Source of the DNA: Okamejei kenojei
Taxonomy: Eukaryota
Length of the DNA stretch: 64,000 nt
Assembly (NCBI GenBank): GCA_035221665.1
Contig: CM069155.1
Span: 29,574,001-29,638,000, forward strand
Reading direction: 5' to 3'
Below are positions 39,631 through 52,200 of this stretch, one piece after another. A model generated the notes under the pieces. It had not been told where the DNA came from and searched no databases. It saw nothing but the letters and a program-made list of their open reading frames with translations. The position numbers and the translations under genes were made by a program. Each line of letters begins with the position of its first letter. Positions within the stretch are counted from its first letter, which is position 1.

Positions 39631-40509
39631 ATGAACTTATAAAATATGCGTCTGGTTCTTGAATGCCTTGGTGACCATTTTGTTGAGGTTTTACATAAGG
39701 GGACTGATTAGAACGCATTCTGTTGACGGCACAGAATTTGGGCTTGTTGCACTTGTGGCAAATGGAGGCAAAGAATGGGATTATGCCATTAAAATAAAAA
39801 CGTAATTCTGTAAAATGTTGCACTTCTTGAACGTTGTCGGAGCTGAAGTCATCACGACATGTGGCGAGGATATGATCTCAGCCATATTGCTATTTTTTAA
39901 GCATTATCAGAGTCTTGAAAATTTGGTATTGAGTGGGGAACTGGAATTGGATGGAATGGAGATAGATTATTTTGGTTGCAACACGATCTTTATTATAGAA
40001 AATACGAGAAAATATTCATAAAGTAATAAATCTCACGCGCTTCTGCTCGTAATGCGTGAACTGATATAGATGGCGGTTAATAATAAGAGGTCACATGAAT
40101 TTCTCCTCTTCCAGATTCCTGTTTTCTATAGCTTGTCTGGAGAACTCAAAAGTCCTTGCACCTTTCGGGATCATGATCTAATGTGCAGTCTTTATCTCTC
40201 TCCCATGAAGGTGAGTTCTGTGAGCTGGATCGAAACATTCATTTATACAATTAATAAGTCTGATCTCGAAACAAAAGTAAACTCAGTTTTAAAACTAGAC
40301 GTTCTTCTTTGTACTCAAGAAACAGCAAGCTATTTATTAAAGTAAGGGCCGAAGCTAGTCTCCGATGTTTCTAAGAATGAAATTGAGATTTTCCAATAGA
40401 CATCTGGAAGTGCAGTGGGGCCAACAGTGTTTTGTTAGTCACCATGTCCACTTTCTTAACTGTTAAACATTAAACCAGCCTCATCAATGCACTCTGCCCG
40501 ATCTTTGAC

Positions 40510-41535
40510 ATGGAATTGACATGGATAGAGAATTGATTGGGAAACAGGAAACAAAGAGTAGGAATAAACGGGTCCCTGTCTGAATGGCCGGCAGTGATGA
40601 GTAGAGTGCCGCAAGGCTCGGTGTTGGGGCCGCAACTATTTACAATATATATTAATGATTTAGATGATGGGATTAAAAGGAACACTAGCAAATTTGCAGA
40701 TGACACAAAGTTGGGTGGCATGGTGAAGTGCGAAGAGGATGCTATGAGGTTGCAGTGTGACTTGGAGAGGTTGAGTGAGTGGGCAGATGCATGGCAGATG
40801 CAGCATAATGTAGATAGAGTTGATCCTCTTTGGCGGCAAGAACAAGGAGGCAAATTATTATCTCAGGACCTACGCAGTCGACGGTAGATCGGGTGGTCAA
40901 AAGGCTTTTGGCACTTTGGCCTTCATCAGCCAGAGTAATGAGTATAGATGTGGGGGGGTCTTGTTGCAGATGTATAAGACGTTGGTGATGCCGCATTTAG
41001 ATTATTGTGTTCAGTCTGGGCACAATCGCATAGGAAAGATTTCGACAAGCTGGAAAGGGTACAAAGAAGATTTACGAGGATTTTGTCAGGACTACGGGGT
41101 CTGAGCTATAGGGAGAGGTTGAGTAGGCTGGGACTCTATTCTTTGGAGCACAGGAAGATGAGGGAGAATCTTATAGAGGTGCATAGGGTCCTGAGTGGAA
41201 TAGATTGAGGAGATGCATTGTCTCTTGCCTAGAGTAGCTGAATCGAGGACCAGGTTTATGGTGACAGGGCACAGATTTAATAGGAATCCGAGGGGTAACT
41301 TTTTCCCACAGAGAGTGATGGTTGTAGGGAACAAGCAGCCAAAGGAAGTAGTTAGTTGTGCGAGGGACTATCCCAACGTTTTAAAATACAGTTAAACAGG
41401 TACATGGATATGACAGATTTGGAGGGATATGGACTCAATACGGGCAGGTGGGACTAGTGTAGATGGGACATGTTGGCCGATGTGGGAAAGCTGGACCGAA
41501 GGGCATGTTTGACTCTATGACTTTCTTTGACTCTA
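40510..41535 (+). mobile_element. CR1 RT fragments, two subfamilies fused at ~40865
   Basis: [40 protein letters not shown] and 3' tail. Confidence 0.85.
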
Positions 41536-42809
41536 TGGGGCATCATGTGGTATCCGCGGATGAGCCAGTGCAATCTTTCGAGTGTTCGTTTTCTCACGGT
41601 ATTCCACGTTGCAAAGTTAACAACATGCAGCAGCGAGAGAAGGATGAGAACGGTGAGAGCAGGGACCCGTGTAAATAAACATTAGGTAAAACTTACTTGT
41701 CGTAGTGACATGCCTACGTTCAGAGAAGCTTTTGCGCGCAATTACAGCTCATTCTGTAGATGGTACTAATTGTATTCACTTTACTTTAATTTGGAGATAC
41801 AGCGCGGAAAGATCCTTTCTGCCCACTGATCAACAGTCCCCGCTCATTAACACTATCCTACACACTTTAAGGACAGTATATAATGTTACCAAGCCAATGA
41901 ACCTACCAATCTGTCTTTGTCCTCTGGAAGGAATCCGGATCTTCCTGGGAAATCCCAGACAGGTCATGAGGAAACGTGGTGGTGAAAGGTTGAACGGTTA
42001 AGCAATGAATGGCTGTCCAGTCATGTGCACTGCTAAAGTAATATCGTTTAATGACACTTTAAGGACAATAATTAATCGTAATTATTTTTCTCACCCGCTA
42101 TTTCCCGAAAACCGCTCTTCACGTTTCTCCCTTGTATGTTTTTCCAGATAGGAGTTGTGGCAAGTTTTGCGAATTACTGCGCATTACAATAGGATAATAT
42201 CACAGAGTGCTTTTCCAAGCACGACACGCATCGGGTGGTCAAAATAGCCTCCAAAATTGCTACTTTACTGACATTTGCAGTGATGTTCTGTCCCCTCAGG
42301 TCCTTTCTAAATTATTAGATACACAAGTAAAAGGGCAGCCAGTGGGGTTTATGATTTCTAAAATTACAAAGCTATCTAAATATAGGTTTGATGTGCTTTT
42401 TAATAAAACAGTGCTGAGGAGGTGACTGTGATCATGTTATGTTCAGCGATACGGAGGTAGACAAAAATGCTGGAGAAACTCAGCGGGTGAGGGAGCATCC
42501 ATGGAGCGAAGAAAATCATCGATACGTATTCAGTTGGTCCGTTTAGATTAAATATTTATTTTCCGTTTTCATTGTTGATTAAACAGTTACCGAATATAAT
42601 ATTTAAAACTCGCAGTCTGTTTAGTGTACATATGCGAGGATTCAAACAGAAAATTATACATTGTTTGTTTAAAAAGAAGGGACAACAGTGGCAATCCTTT
42701 TCATTCTGCTGTATGTATGAGAACGCGTGAGGCTTTTTAGAAATACAAATCTCTAAAATAAGACCTGCATGTTTCACAGTGGCAAATATTTTGAGGAAGA
42801 ATCTGGCAC

Positions 42810-42900
42810 TTTCTGATTGGCTTCGACGAGCATACGGGTTTGATTGGTTTGGAGAGATAAACACACGGTGACATCTCGTCATTCCATTTATAAAGAGAGC
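42810..42900 (+). promoter_or_regulatory. IgL cluster 3 promoter: two inverted CCAAT boxes (42816, 42843), CRE/decamer-like GGTGACATCT (42867), TATAAA (42889)
   Basis: Motifs lie 70-150 bp upstream of the leader ATG and are positionally conserved in clusters 1-3; no ATTTGCAT octamer seen. Confidence 0.7.
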
Positions 42901-42964
42901 CAGAGAGCAAGATTACACGCCACTCGTCCTGGAAACTGCCGCCCTATCGGAGCTCAGTCGGTTA

Positions 42965-45357
42965 ATGAAAATGTCTTATTGGATCCGTGTGGTCGGTGCG
43001 TTGGTTTTTTGCGCAGTTTGTGAGTATTTTACATTCCTGGACATTATACTTATTTCTGTTCACCATTAATTTGGAGTTATCTCCCACACTTCAACAAACT
43101 TAACAATTTTCCTTTTTTTTCCCTGATATTTCTCTTTCTCAGACTTAAGCGCGGCAGTTACAGTAAGTCAGCCGCCTTCGATGTCCACCTCTATCGGACG
43201 GAAAATACAAATATCCTGCACCATATCGGGTTCCAGTTCAGGCGCTAACTATATCTCATGGTACCAACAGATACCTGGCAAATCTCCCAAGTATCTATTC
43301 GCCCATACTACCGGCAACAGCATTTATAAAGGCACGGACATTCCAGACCGTTTTTCCGTCTCGGTGTCAGGCAGCTCTCTAATATTCGCAATATCTAGCG
43401 TTCAATCGGTGGATGCTGCGGACTATTACTGTTCCAAATGGGATAGTGGTTTACATTTCGGTAAAGGAACGAGGCTGGGCATTGGCGGTAAGTAAAATAT
43501 ATTCTTCGGACAGCGCGATGTTTTAGTTTTAATTTAATGCAGATATTGCTTGACTTAACGTCGTGAGTTCACATTATACTTGATTGGGCCAGCTGTATTT
43601 CAATGCAGATAGTGCGGTCTTGCTATGCAGATGTTCCGAGTTCACTTGGAAATACCTCAGTGAAATGGCGGCAAAAGCGAGCTAATGATTTATCTTGTGG
43701 TTTTACAGATGAACAATCAATCAATTTCTCAACAAAAGTATTCTTTGTCTAGTGAACCACAGGACTGTAGCGATCTTGAGCGAATTAACTCGCTTTGGAC
43801 TGTAGCTAAATTGATCCTCTTTTAGGCATTGAGGTCTGGTTGAAAGGTGCCGCGATGGGAAGGAATTATTTATTCCACATTGTTTTGTTTAATATTGAAG
43901 CAAGTGTTTCACTCTGTAGCCCATTATACTTCAGTTGAATTATGAAAATAATGTATATAATTGTTTTCATTGATCAGAGCCACAACAAGACTAACCGTTA
44001 CAGCTTTAATATTAGATTAGAAATCGCGCAGCTACGATTCCAAACAATATATATTTTTACAGTTCACATAATTACTTAGGGCCGCACCATGAATTTAATG
44101 CACTCGCAAGTGTGACGCAAATCTTCCATTTTCCATTTTGTTTCCCGTCCAGTAATGAGCGCATACTTCCCAATGCGAATGGTGTCATTACTCTCGGATT
44201 TTCAAATCGTCAATTAGATGAGGGTTGATATAGAATTGAAGTTGTATGGAATAGGGTTCGTTCAATAAATTGCGGAAATATTCCCAGTGATTGTCCAGAT
44301 ATGAAAGGAAATTGCTTGGGTAACGGGGGGTCAATAATGTTAATATTCAACACTCTCAAAATTCCGGTTGACGAGTTTAACAAGGATATCAAAATGCGCA
44401 ATGCGATGAGACAGTTTCGCACATTTCCTTCAGAAATTTTGTTTAATACGTAAAACAGCCTTTCGTGGACGCAGCAGTCCATTTCAAATATAAATGAACA
44501 TTCGAACTACAATGTCATCCTTGCTTGTGAACGACGTCTGCGAATCGGTGACCGTGGCTCTCGAAGACTAGTTTCCTTTAGTTTTGCCGAACTTAAATAG
44601 CGTCACCTACCATCTCAATGGGTGCCGACAGTTAAATAAGTTAAAATCTGTTATTATAAATTTCGCGACCGCGCCACGTTTATATCTGCTGATATATTTA
44701 TATAAATGTAAAGCCCGAGATGTGTAGTAAAATGAACATTATAAAGGTTATAATAATGTATTTAGTTTTATAAAATAGTGCCGCCATGATCTATTACAGA
44801 TGCTTTCCCGGAGTTTATGCATAGGGCAGACAGAAAATTAACTATTCTGGTTGCTTTCACGTACTTTATTAATTGTTTACCCAATTAAAAAAATACGCAC
44901 TGTAATGGCTTGAAATAGATCGAGAATAAAAGGGTATTTCTATAAATGAATAAATTAATGAGATGTATTTTCGGCAAATAATGATATCCTAACGACAGCA
45001 ATTCTCCAATTAAATGTGACTTCTTATTGAACAGATCCTCGGGCACCGATCGTGACGGTCCTCCCTCCTTCAGCCGATGAAGTTACCTCAAAGGGCACCG
45101 CCACCCTGGTGTGCTTAGTGAACGGCTTTAATCCGGGCTCGGTGGCCGTTGAGTGGAGCGTCGACGGCGGTGCAAAAAATAGCGACGTTGAGACCAGCCC
45201 GATCCAGCAGGATAAGGACAACACGTTCAGTCTCAGCAGTTACCTGACTCTGACAGCCTCAGACTGGAACTTACACGAGCTTTACTCCTGTGTGGTTAAA
45301 CACGAGACTCAGTCAAACCCGCTGAAGACAAATATCATGAGATCCAGCTGTATCTGA
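42965..45357 (+). CDS. IGL: Intact immunoglobulin light chain gene (cluster 3), chondrichthyan type II/lambda-like, germline-joined VJ. Exons: leader 42965-43019, VJ 43143-43487, C 45035-45357
   Basis: Leader MKMSYWIRVVGALVFCAV ends in phase 1 at T|GTGAGT. Acceptor ctcAG at 43142. VJ exon reads YLSAAVTVSQPPSMSTSIGRKIQISC...ISWYQQIPG...DAADYYCSKWDSGLHFGKGTRLGIG|GTAAGT, with V Cys/Trp/YYC and J FGxGT contiguous and no RSS. Acceptor aacAG at 45034. C1-set domain DPRAPIVTVLPPS..ATLVCLV..W..YSCVVKHE..RSSCI* has the penultimate inter-chain Cys. All splice phases are compatible. The C sequence closely resembles shark lambda/type II C regions from memory. Confidence 0.95.
43143..43487 (+). CDS. IGL: Germline-joined V-J exon of cluster 3
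   Basis: ORF 43181-43495 with SC...WYQQ...YYC-SKWDSGLH-FGKGTRL; bounded by AG (43141-42) and GT (43488-89). Confidence 0.95.
45035..45357 (+). CDS. IGL: Ig light chain constant exon of cluster 3
   Basis: ORF 45052-45357; C1-set motifs LVCLV, VEW, SSYL, YSC and terminal SSCI*. Confidence 0.95.
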
Positions 45358-47186
45358 TGTTTGAAGCGCGAGCTGACTCCCCAAAGTTAGTTAATCACCA
45401 TTGGGTTCATCCACGTGACAATGTTAGTCTTTGTCTTTCGAAATTTTCATAAAGAAATGCCATTTATAGTTGAAACCTTGATTTTTATTACTTGTTCGCT
45501 TTAAATGTAGGTCCTTCGAAAGAATATCGTTCTTGAATACAGCACCAAGTCGATTCAATTGCGTTAACTAAATGCATGTATGTTGCTATTGTACCCAAGG
45601 TATTCTCTGCAGACTTTGAGTAAAGTTGTAAAACGATTGTCAAATGCATTGTTGATTCTCTTTGATTTATTTCTGACCCCAAACTTGAAGACTTAATATG
45701 GATTGTCAAGTCTTGTACATTTGAGCAAGAAACGCTGATTTATTTTCCCTCAGTCTCGATCTCGAATTACAATCGTAGAACAGTAGTGAGTTTGTGCCAC
45801 TCGTCAAGTTATACAATGCGTTCTGAACCAATCATAAGAAATGTGATCTCAATTCCAATATGAATCCACAAAAAATGGCAGAAAATTTTGTTATTACTTA
45901 GCAGCCGAGGCGGCCTGAAGTGAGAAATTGATTTGACGTTTTAGGTTGTTCTTTTGGTCAAAAATATCCCTACCAACCCCACACCTTCAGGGTTTAGAGG
46001 GTTTGTTAATTATGTTTTCGTTCGTAAGGTGCACCGCACCTCCATCCTTTATCACCGAAGACATTGACATTAACCGGTGACCAGATTCGTATTTCATTTA
46101 CGTTTAAGCTGTCGATATCATGCCACGTTCCATCACAATCACCGCCGTGGGTTGTATTTGTTTCTCTGATGGAGTAAACTGCAAAGATTGAATCTTCCCA
46201 GCCTTTCCATCTGTTCCTCTAGTGTCCAACTATCCGTCAATATCAGACGATCAGATATTAATTGTTCCAATGACGGGACATTCAAAACCACCCAACAAAG
46301 ATTTACAACCTTCTCCGCGAAGAAATTCCACTTTATCTCACCCGACATAGCCAGATCCAGCATGATATTGTCCCCACTGTAGATCAAACAGATCCAGGGT
46401 TCTCTTGTTCATCGCTCTCACAATAAGCATTTATTTTCCAATGAGCTCTGCTCTCTTTCTTCGAACCTCTCAGAGAATCTTCTGAAGCCCAATTGAAATA
46501 CACTGCCCGGTTGCAGATTAAATAAATACGTAGTGTGCAGGAAGGAACGGCAGATGCCGGTTTAAACCGAAGATAGACATAAAAAAGTGGAGTAATGTAT
46601 TCGGGTCAGCCAGCATCTATGGAGAAAATAAATAACTGAGTTTTCGGGTCGAGAAACCTTCTTCAGACCCGAAACGTCATCTATTCATTTTCTCCTGAGA
46701 TGTTGTCTGACCAGCTTTTTATGACTATCTTCCAATAAATACGTTTTTATGAATGGTTCAACGGTGCGTTATTCTCATCTACCAGGGTACAGTGTAATTC
46801 GTTTTTGTTTACAGTTCAGTACAAGTATCACTATACATAAGCAAAGACATCTTAGATAAACATCTCAGATACAGTAAAAGTGTATCGTGGTGGTACACTG
46901 AGATAGTATATAGCGTCGCCAGATTTGGCTCCATTTTCAAATCCCAGTTGTTGTTAATGCAGGGTTCGTGACCTGACCATGAAGGTCCGCTGCCCTGCCA
47001 GCGTTGCAGGTTCTTCATTGGCCCGCTTCACCGTCAGGGTAGTGCACTCCCTTCCTCAGTCAGTCTGCTTAACGGCCCTTCCTCCGACTTCTTCCTCTTC
47101 CGGCGGTCGAGACGAGCCTTCCGGGTGGATTCCCCGTCCAGTCCGCGGCACGAGTCCTCGGCGCGAGATCGACTCTGAGATCTCCT

Positions 47187-47665
47187 AGAAATATAGAAAC
47201 ATAGAAAATAGGTGCAGGAGTAGGCCATTCGGCCCTTCGAGCCTGCACCGCCATTCAATATGATCATGGCTGATCATCCAACTCAGTATCCTGTACCTGC
47301 CTTCTCTCCATACCCCCTGATCCCTTTAGCCGCAAGGGCCACATCTAACTCCCTCTAAAATAAAGCCAATGAATTGGCCTCACTACCTTCTGTGGCAGAT
47401 AATTCCAGAGACTCACCACTTTCTGTGTGAAAAATGTTTTCCTCATCTCGGTCCTAAAGGAATTCCCCATTATCCTTAGACTGTGACCCCCTTGTTCTGG
47501 ACCTCCCCAGCATCGGGAACAATCTTCCTGCATCTAGCCTATCCAACCCCTTAAGAATGTTGTAAGTTTCTATAAGATTCCCCCTCAGTCTTCTAAATTC
47601 TAGCGAGTACAAGCCAAGTCTACCCAGTCTTTCCTCATATGAAAGTCCTGACATCCCAGGAACCA
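47187..47665 (-). mobile_element. 5'-truncated CR1 insertion specific to unit 3
   Basis: [16 protein letters not shown], 3'UTR and tail; CTCCT TSD at 47182-86 and 47666-70; the empty site gagatctcctcttgcac is present in units 1 and 2. Confidence 0.9.
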
Positions 47666-48589
47666 CTCCTCTTGCACTATTTTGGTTCTTCCCAAATTTA
47701 TTTTGTTAACCACATGTTAACAAATCAATTAATCTGTGTCAATTGGTGTTCATGCACTGTCTGTATTAAACCACAAGTTTATTCAAACACAACTGGCGCA
47801 ATATCACCTTTACATTTGCGACATTACTGTCACTTATTACCATTTTGCCCCATGGGCTTGATCTTCCGATGTAAAAAACGCAATGTTGTCCTATTTAAAA
47901 CTCCGCTATTTGGTTAATTCCCATCTACCCCAATTTTACCCGGTTAGTAAGAAGGTTGTCCCAGCATGATCCTTGTGGCGATAAGATCATTGAAATATAT
48001 CTATATACGTCAATACTATTGCAAAACCTACGTCGTCTATGCTACACGTTGACATTCTGTTCCAGAGCATATTTGCGCGTGGCGCTGTGAACGCTGGATT
48101 GTTAAAACTGAGCTTCTTAATTTCAAACAGAGCTGCCAAACTTCTCGTAGAACAAGGGCACATCTGGCGCTTTGAACTTAGATGTCTGCGCCATGCCAAT
48201 TCCGCCTGAATATTTCTCCAGAGACACGAAAAAGCACATAGTCCCCGCTCTGCACAATGGACACAGACATTGGTGTTCTTCGTCAAAGTTCATGAAACAG
48301 AATGTATGTGCGCCCTGGACCAACCATAATATTTTTATTTCTTCTTCATCCATGCTACCGTGGCGCTAATGGAAAATGTTAAATCTGAAACTCTCGTATC
48401 ACCGTAATCTGGAATCTTACATATATTTCGTTCACATTTACATCCCCTGGTCACTACTTTTGGAACTTATTTTTTGAACTCACATTTCTTCTTCATCACC
48501 TTAGTTTAGTTTATTGTATTGAGGATAAGTACAAAACTTTTTGATGTCAACAAAAGGATTCTATATGATTATAGAATATATCTCAGTTA

Positions 48590-51500
48590 GAAATTGGCAA
48601 GTATGATGTTGTGGGAATCACAGAGACATGGCTGCAAGAGGGCCAGGGCTGGGAACTGAATATCCAAGGGTATACCTCCTATCGAAAAGACAGACAGGTG
48701 GCCAGAGGGAGTGGGGTAGCTCTGTTGGTGAGGAATTAAATGCAGTCCCTTGCAAGGGGTGACATTGAAACAGGAGATGTGGAGTCAGTATGAAAAGAAC
48801 TAGGGAATTGTAAGGGTAAAAATACTCTAATGGGACTTATCTGCAGGCCCCTAAACAGTAGGCAGGACATAGGATGCAATGTGAATCATGAGTTAAAATT
48901 GGCATGTAGTAAAGGTGGCTGTTATGGAAAATTTCAACATGCAGGTAGACTGGGAAAATCAGGTTGGTACTGGACTCCAAGAAAGGGACTTTGCAGAGTG
49001 CCTTCGTGATTGATTCTTAGAGCTGCTTGTATTGGAGCCTAACAGGGAGAAGGCAATTCTGGATTTAGTGTTATGTAATGAACCGGATTTGATAAAGGAA
49101 CTTGAGGTTAAAGATACAAGATACATTTATTTGTCACATGTACCAATTGGTACAGTGAAATGTGTCGTCGTGGAAATGTGTGGAAATGTGTGGAACTTGA
49201 GGATAATGAGCCATTCGGAGGTAGTGACCATAATATGGTCAGGTTTAATCTACAATTGGAGAGGGGGAAAGATAGATCGCAGGTGTCAGTGTTGCAGTTG
49301 AATAAAGGGGACCATGGGGCCAGGAGGGAGGAGTTGGCCAAAGTTGACTGGAAAGATACCCTAGCAGGTATGACAGTAGAAGAACAATGGCAGGTATTTC
49401 TAGGAACAATACAGAAGGTGCAGGATCAGTTCATTCCAAGGAGGAAGAAAGATTCCAAGGGGAGTAAGGGGCGACCATGGCTGACAAGGGACGTCAGGGA
49501 CAGTATAAAAATAAAAGAGGAGTATAGATTAATGTTGCATGTTAACCAATCACACACCAGCCAGCATCTCTAACTTCACCCCACTGTAATACTTATACTA
49601 ATACTATTTCCCAACACCGACAGTTAGAGCACCCAGGAATTATTGACAACTGATCATCCTTCATGCTGTTAAGTTTTAGTGCTGATTAAAGATGTGTTTG
49701 ATTCATGTACTGAGTCTGGAAGTCATTTACATATTATGGGCACTGTTATAAAACCATCAATCTGACGGGCCTCACTAGGCAGCGAACCAACACAGATAAC
49801 AGGTGATTTATGACCCAAGCTAGTCAGGCGGTTCTTGGCGATCCTCTGAAGAAATGCCCAAATTGCAACTACTCACACAGCAGACAATCAGCTTGCCCCA
49901 CTTTTGGTAAATCATGCAATTACTGTAAAAAGTTAAATCACTTTGCCTCTGCATGACGGGCAGCAAGTCGGGCCCGTGGGAAGAATTCGCCTAGCTTCAG
50001 GTCTAATCTCAACTTCTTGTTATGAGACAGCAACAATCTCACTCCCCAATTCCAGCTCGAACCTGCCCCCGAACAGACTCCAATTAACTCACAAGAGGAC
50101 CCGACTGTTTACTCATTACAGCTTGCTGCTGCTAAGAAGTATGATCCGACCGTGACAGTAACTGTAAACAACGTCAGTTTTGGCGGGAAATTAGACACGG
50201 GAGCGAAAGTAAACACTATGTCAATACATCCTGGCTGCTCTAACTGGGAAATAGTATTAGTATAAGTATTGCAGTGGGGTGAAGTTAGAGATGCAGGCTG
50301 GTGTGTGATTGGTTAACATGCAACATCAATCTACAAGAAGTACAACGTAGCAAAGATGAGTGGGAAGAAAGAGGATTGTGTAATGTTTAAAGAGCACAGA
50401 AGATAACTAAAAATACAATACAGGGAGTTAAGATGTAGTACAAAAGGTAAGCTAGCCAAGAATATAAAGGAGGATAGTAAAAGCTTCTTTAGGTATGTGA
50501 AGAGGAAAAAAATAGTTAAGACCAAAGTTAGACCCTTGAAGACCGAAAATGATGAATTTATTAAGGGGAACAAGGAAATGGCAGATGAGTTGAACAGGTA
50601 CTTTGGATCAGTCTTCACTAAGGAGGGCACAAACAATCTTCCTGATATAGTAGTTGCCAGAGGATCTGGGGTGACGGATGAACTGAAGGGAATCCACATT
50701 AGGCAGGAAATAGTGTTGGGTAGACTGATGGGACTGAAAGCTGATCAATCTCCAGGGCCGGATGGTCTGCATCCCAGGGTACTTAAGGAAGTGGCTCTAG
50801 AAAACAGGGAATTATAGACCTGTTAGCCTGACATCGGTGTTGGGGAAGATGCGGGAGTCAATTATAAAAGATGAAATAGCCGCACATTTGGATAGCAGTA
50901 ACAGGATCAGTCCAAGTCAGCATGGATTTACGAAGGGGAAATGCTTGACTAACCTTGCGGAATTTTTTGAGGATGTAACAAGAAAAATGGACAAGGGAGA
51001 GCCAGTGGATGTTATGTACCTGGACTTTCAGAATGCATTTGATAAGGTCCCACATAGGAGATTAGTGGGCATAATTAGGGCACATGGTATTGGGGGTAGT
51101 GCTGACATGGATAGAAAATTGGTTGGCAGACAGGAAACAAAGAGTAGGGATTAACAGGCCCCTTTCAGAATGGCAGGCAGTGACAAGTGGGGTACTGCAA
51201 GGCTCGGTGCTGAGACCACAGCTATTTACAATATACATCAATGACTTGGATGTAGGGATTCAAAGTAACATTAGCAAATTTGCAGATGACACAAAGCTGT
51301 GTGGCAGTGTGATCTGTGAGTCGGATGCTATGAAAATGCAGGGTGACTTGGACAGGTTGGGGGAGTAGGCAGAAGCATGGCAGATGACGTTTAATGTGGA
51401 TAAATGTGAGGTTATCCACTTTGCTGTCAAAAACAGGAAGGTAGATGACTATTTAGATGGCGTCAGGTTAGGTAAAGGGGAAGTACAATGGGATCTGGCG

Positions 51501-52200
51501 GTCCTTGTTCATCAGTCTATGAAAGTAAGCATGCAGGTACAACAGGCAGTGAAGAAAGTGAATGGCATGTTGGTCTTTATAACAAGGGAGTCGGGTATAG
51601 GAGCAAATAGGCCCTTCTGCAGTTGTATAGGGCCCTAGTGAGACCACACCTGGAATATTGTGTGCGGTTTTGGTCCCCTAATTTGAGGAAGGACATTCTT
51701 GCCATTGACGGAGTGCAGCGTAGGTTTACAAGGTTAATTCCCGGGATGGCTGGACTGTCATATGCTGAGAGAATGGTGCGGCTGGGCTTGTGCACTCTGG
51801 AGCTTAGAAGGATGAGAGGGATCTTATTGAAACATATAAGATTGTTAAGGGTTTGGACACCCTAGAGGCAGGAAACATGTTCCCGATCTTAGGAGAGTCC
51901 AGAACCAGGGGCCACAGTTTCAGCATAAGGGGTAAGCCCTTCGAACGGAGACAAGGAAACACTTTTTCTCACAGAGAGTTGTGAGTCTGTGGAATTCTCT
52001 GCCTCAGAGGGCAGTGAAGGCCGGTTCTCTGGATACTTTCAAGTGAGAGCTAGATGGGGCTCTTAAAAATAGCAGAGTCAGGGGATATGGGGAGAAGGCA
52101 GGAATGGGGTACTGATTGGGGATGATCAGCCATGATCACATTGAATGGCGGTGCTGGCTCGAAGGGCCGAATGGCCTACTCCTGCACCTATTAATTTCTG
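48590..52200 (+). mobile_element. Near-complete CR1 ORF2 (APE+RT) and 3'UTR, degenerate, with two nested insertions
   Basis: [56 protein letters not shown] and 3'UTR to ~52195. Confidence 0.9.
49523..50335 (+). mobile_element. Rearranged Gypsy derivative: LTR (49523-49731), gag zinc-knuckle and protease remnant, inverted partial LTR (50219-50335)
   Basis: Inverted repeats 49523-49648 and 50219-50335; KCPNCNYSH..CPTFGKSCNYCKKLNHFASA; KLDTGAKVNTM; 5-bp TSD AGGAG/AGAAG. Confidence 0.85.

Larger units (their letters stand above)
33260..48575 (+). repeat. Segmental duplication unit 3
   Basis: 33260-33385 matches 52380-52500; 38220-40860 matches 52640-56570; 41400-48575 matches units 1 and 2. Confidence 0.75.
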
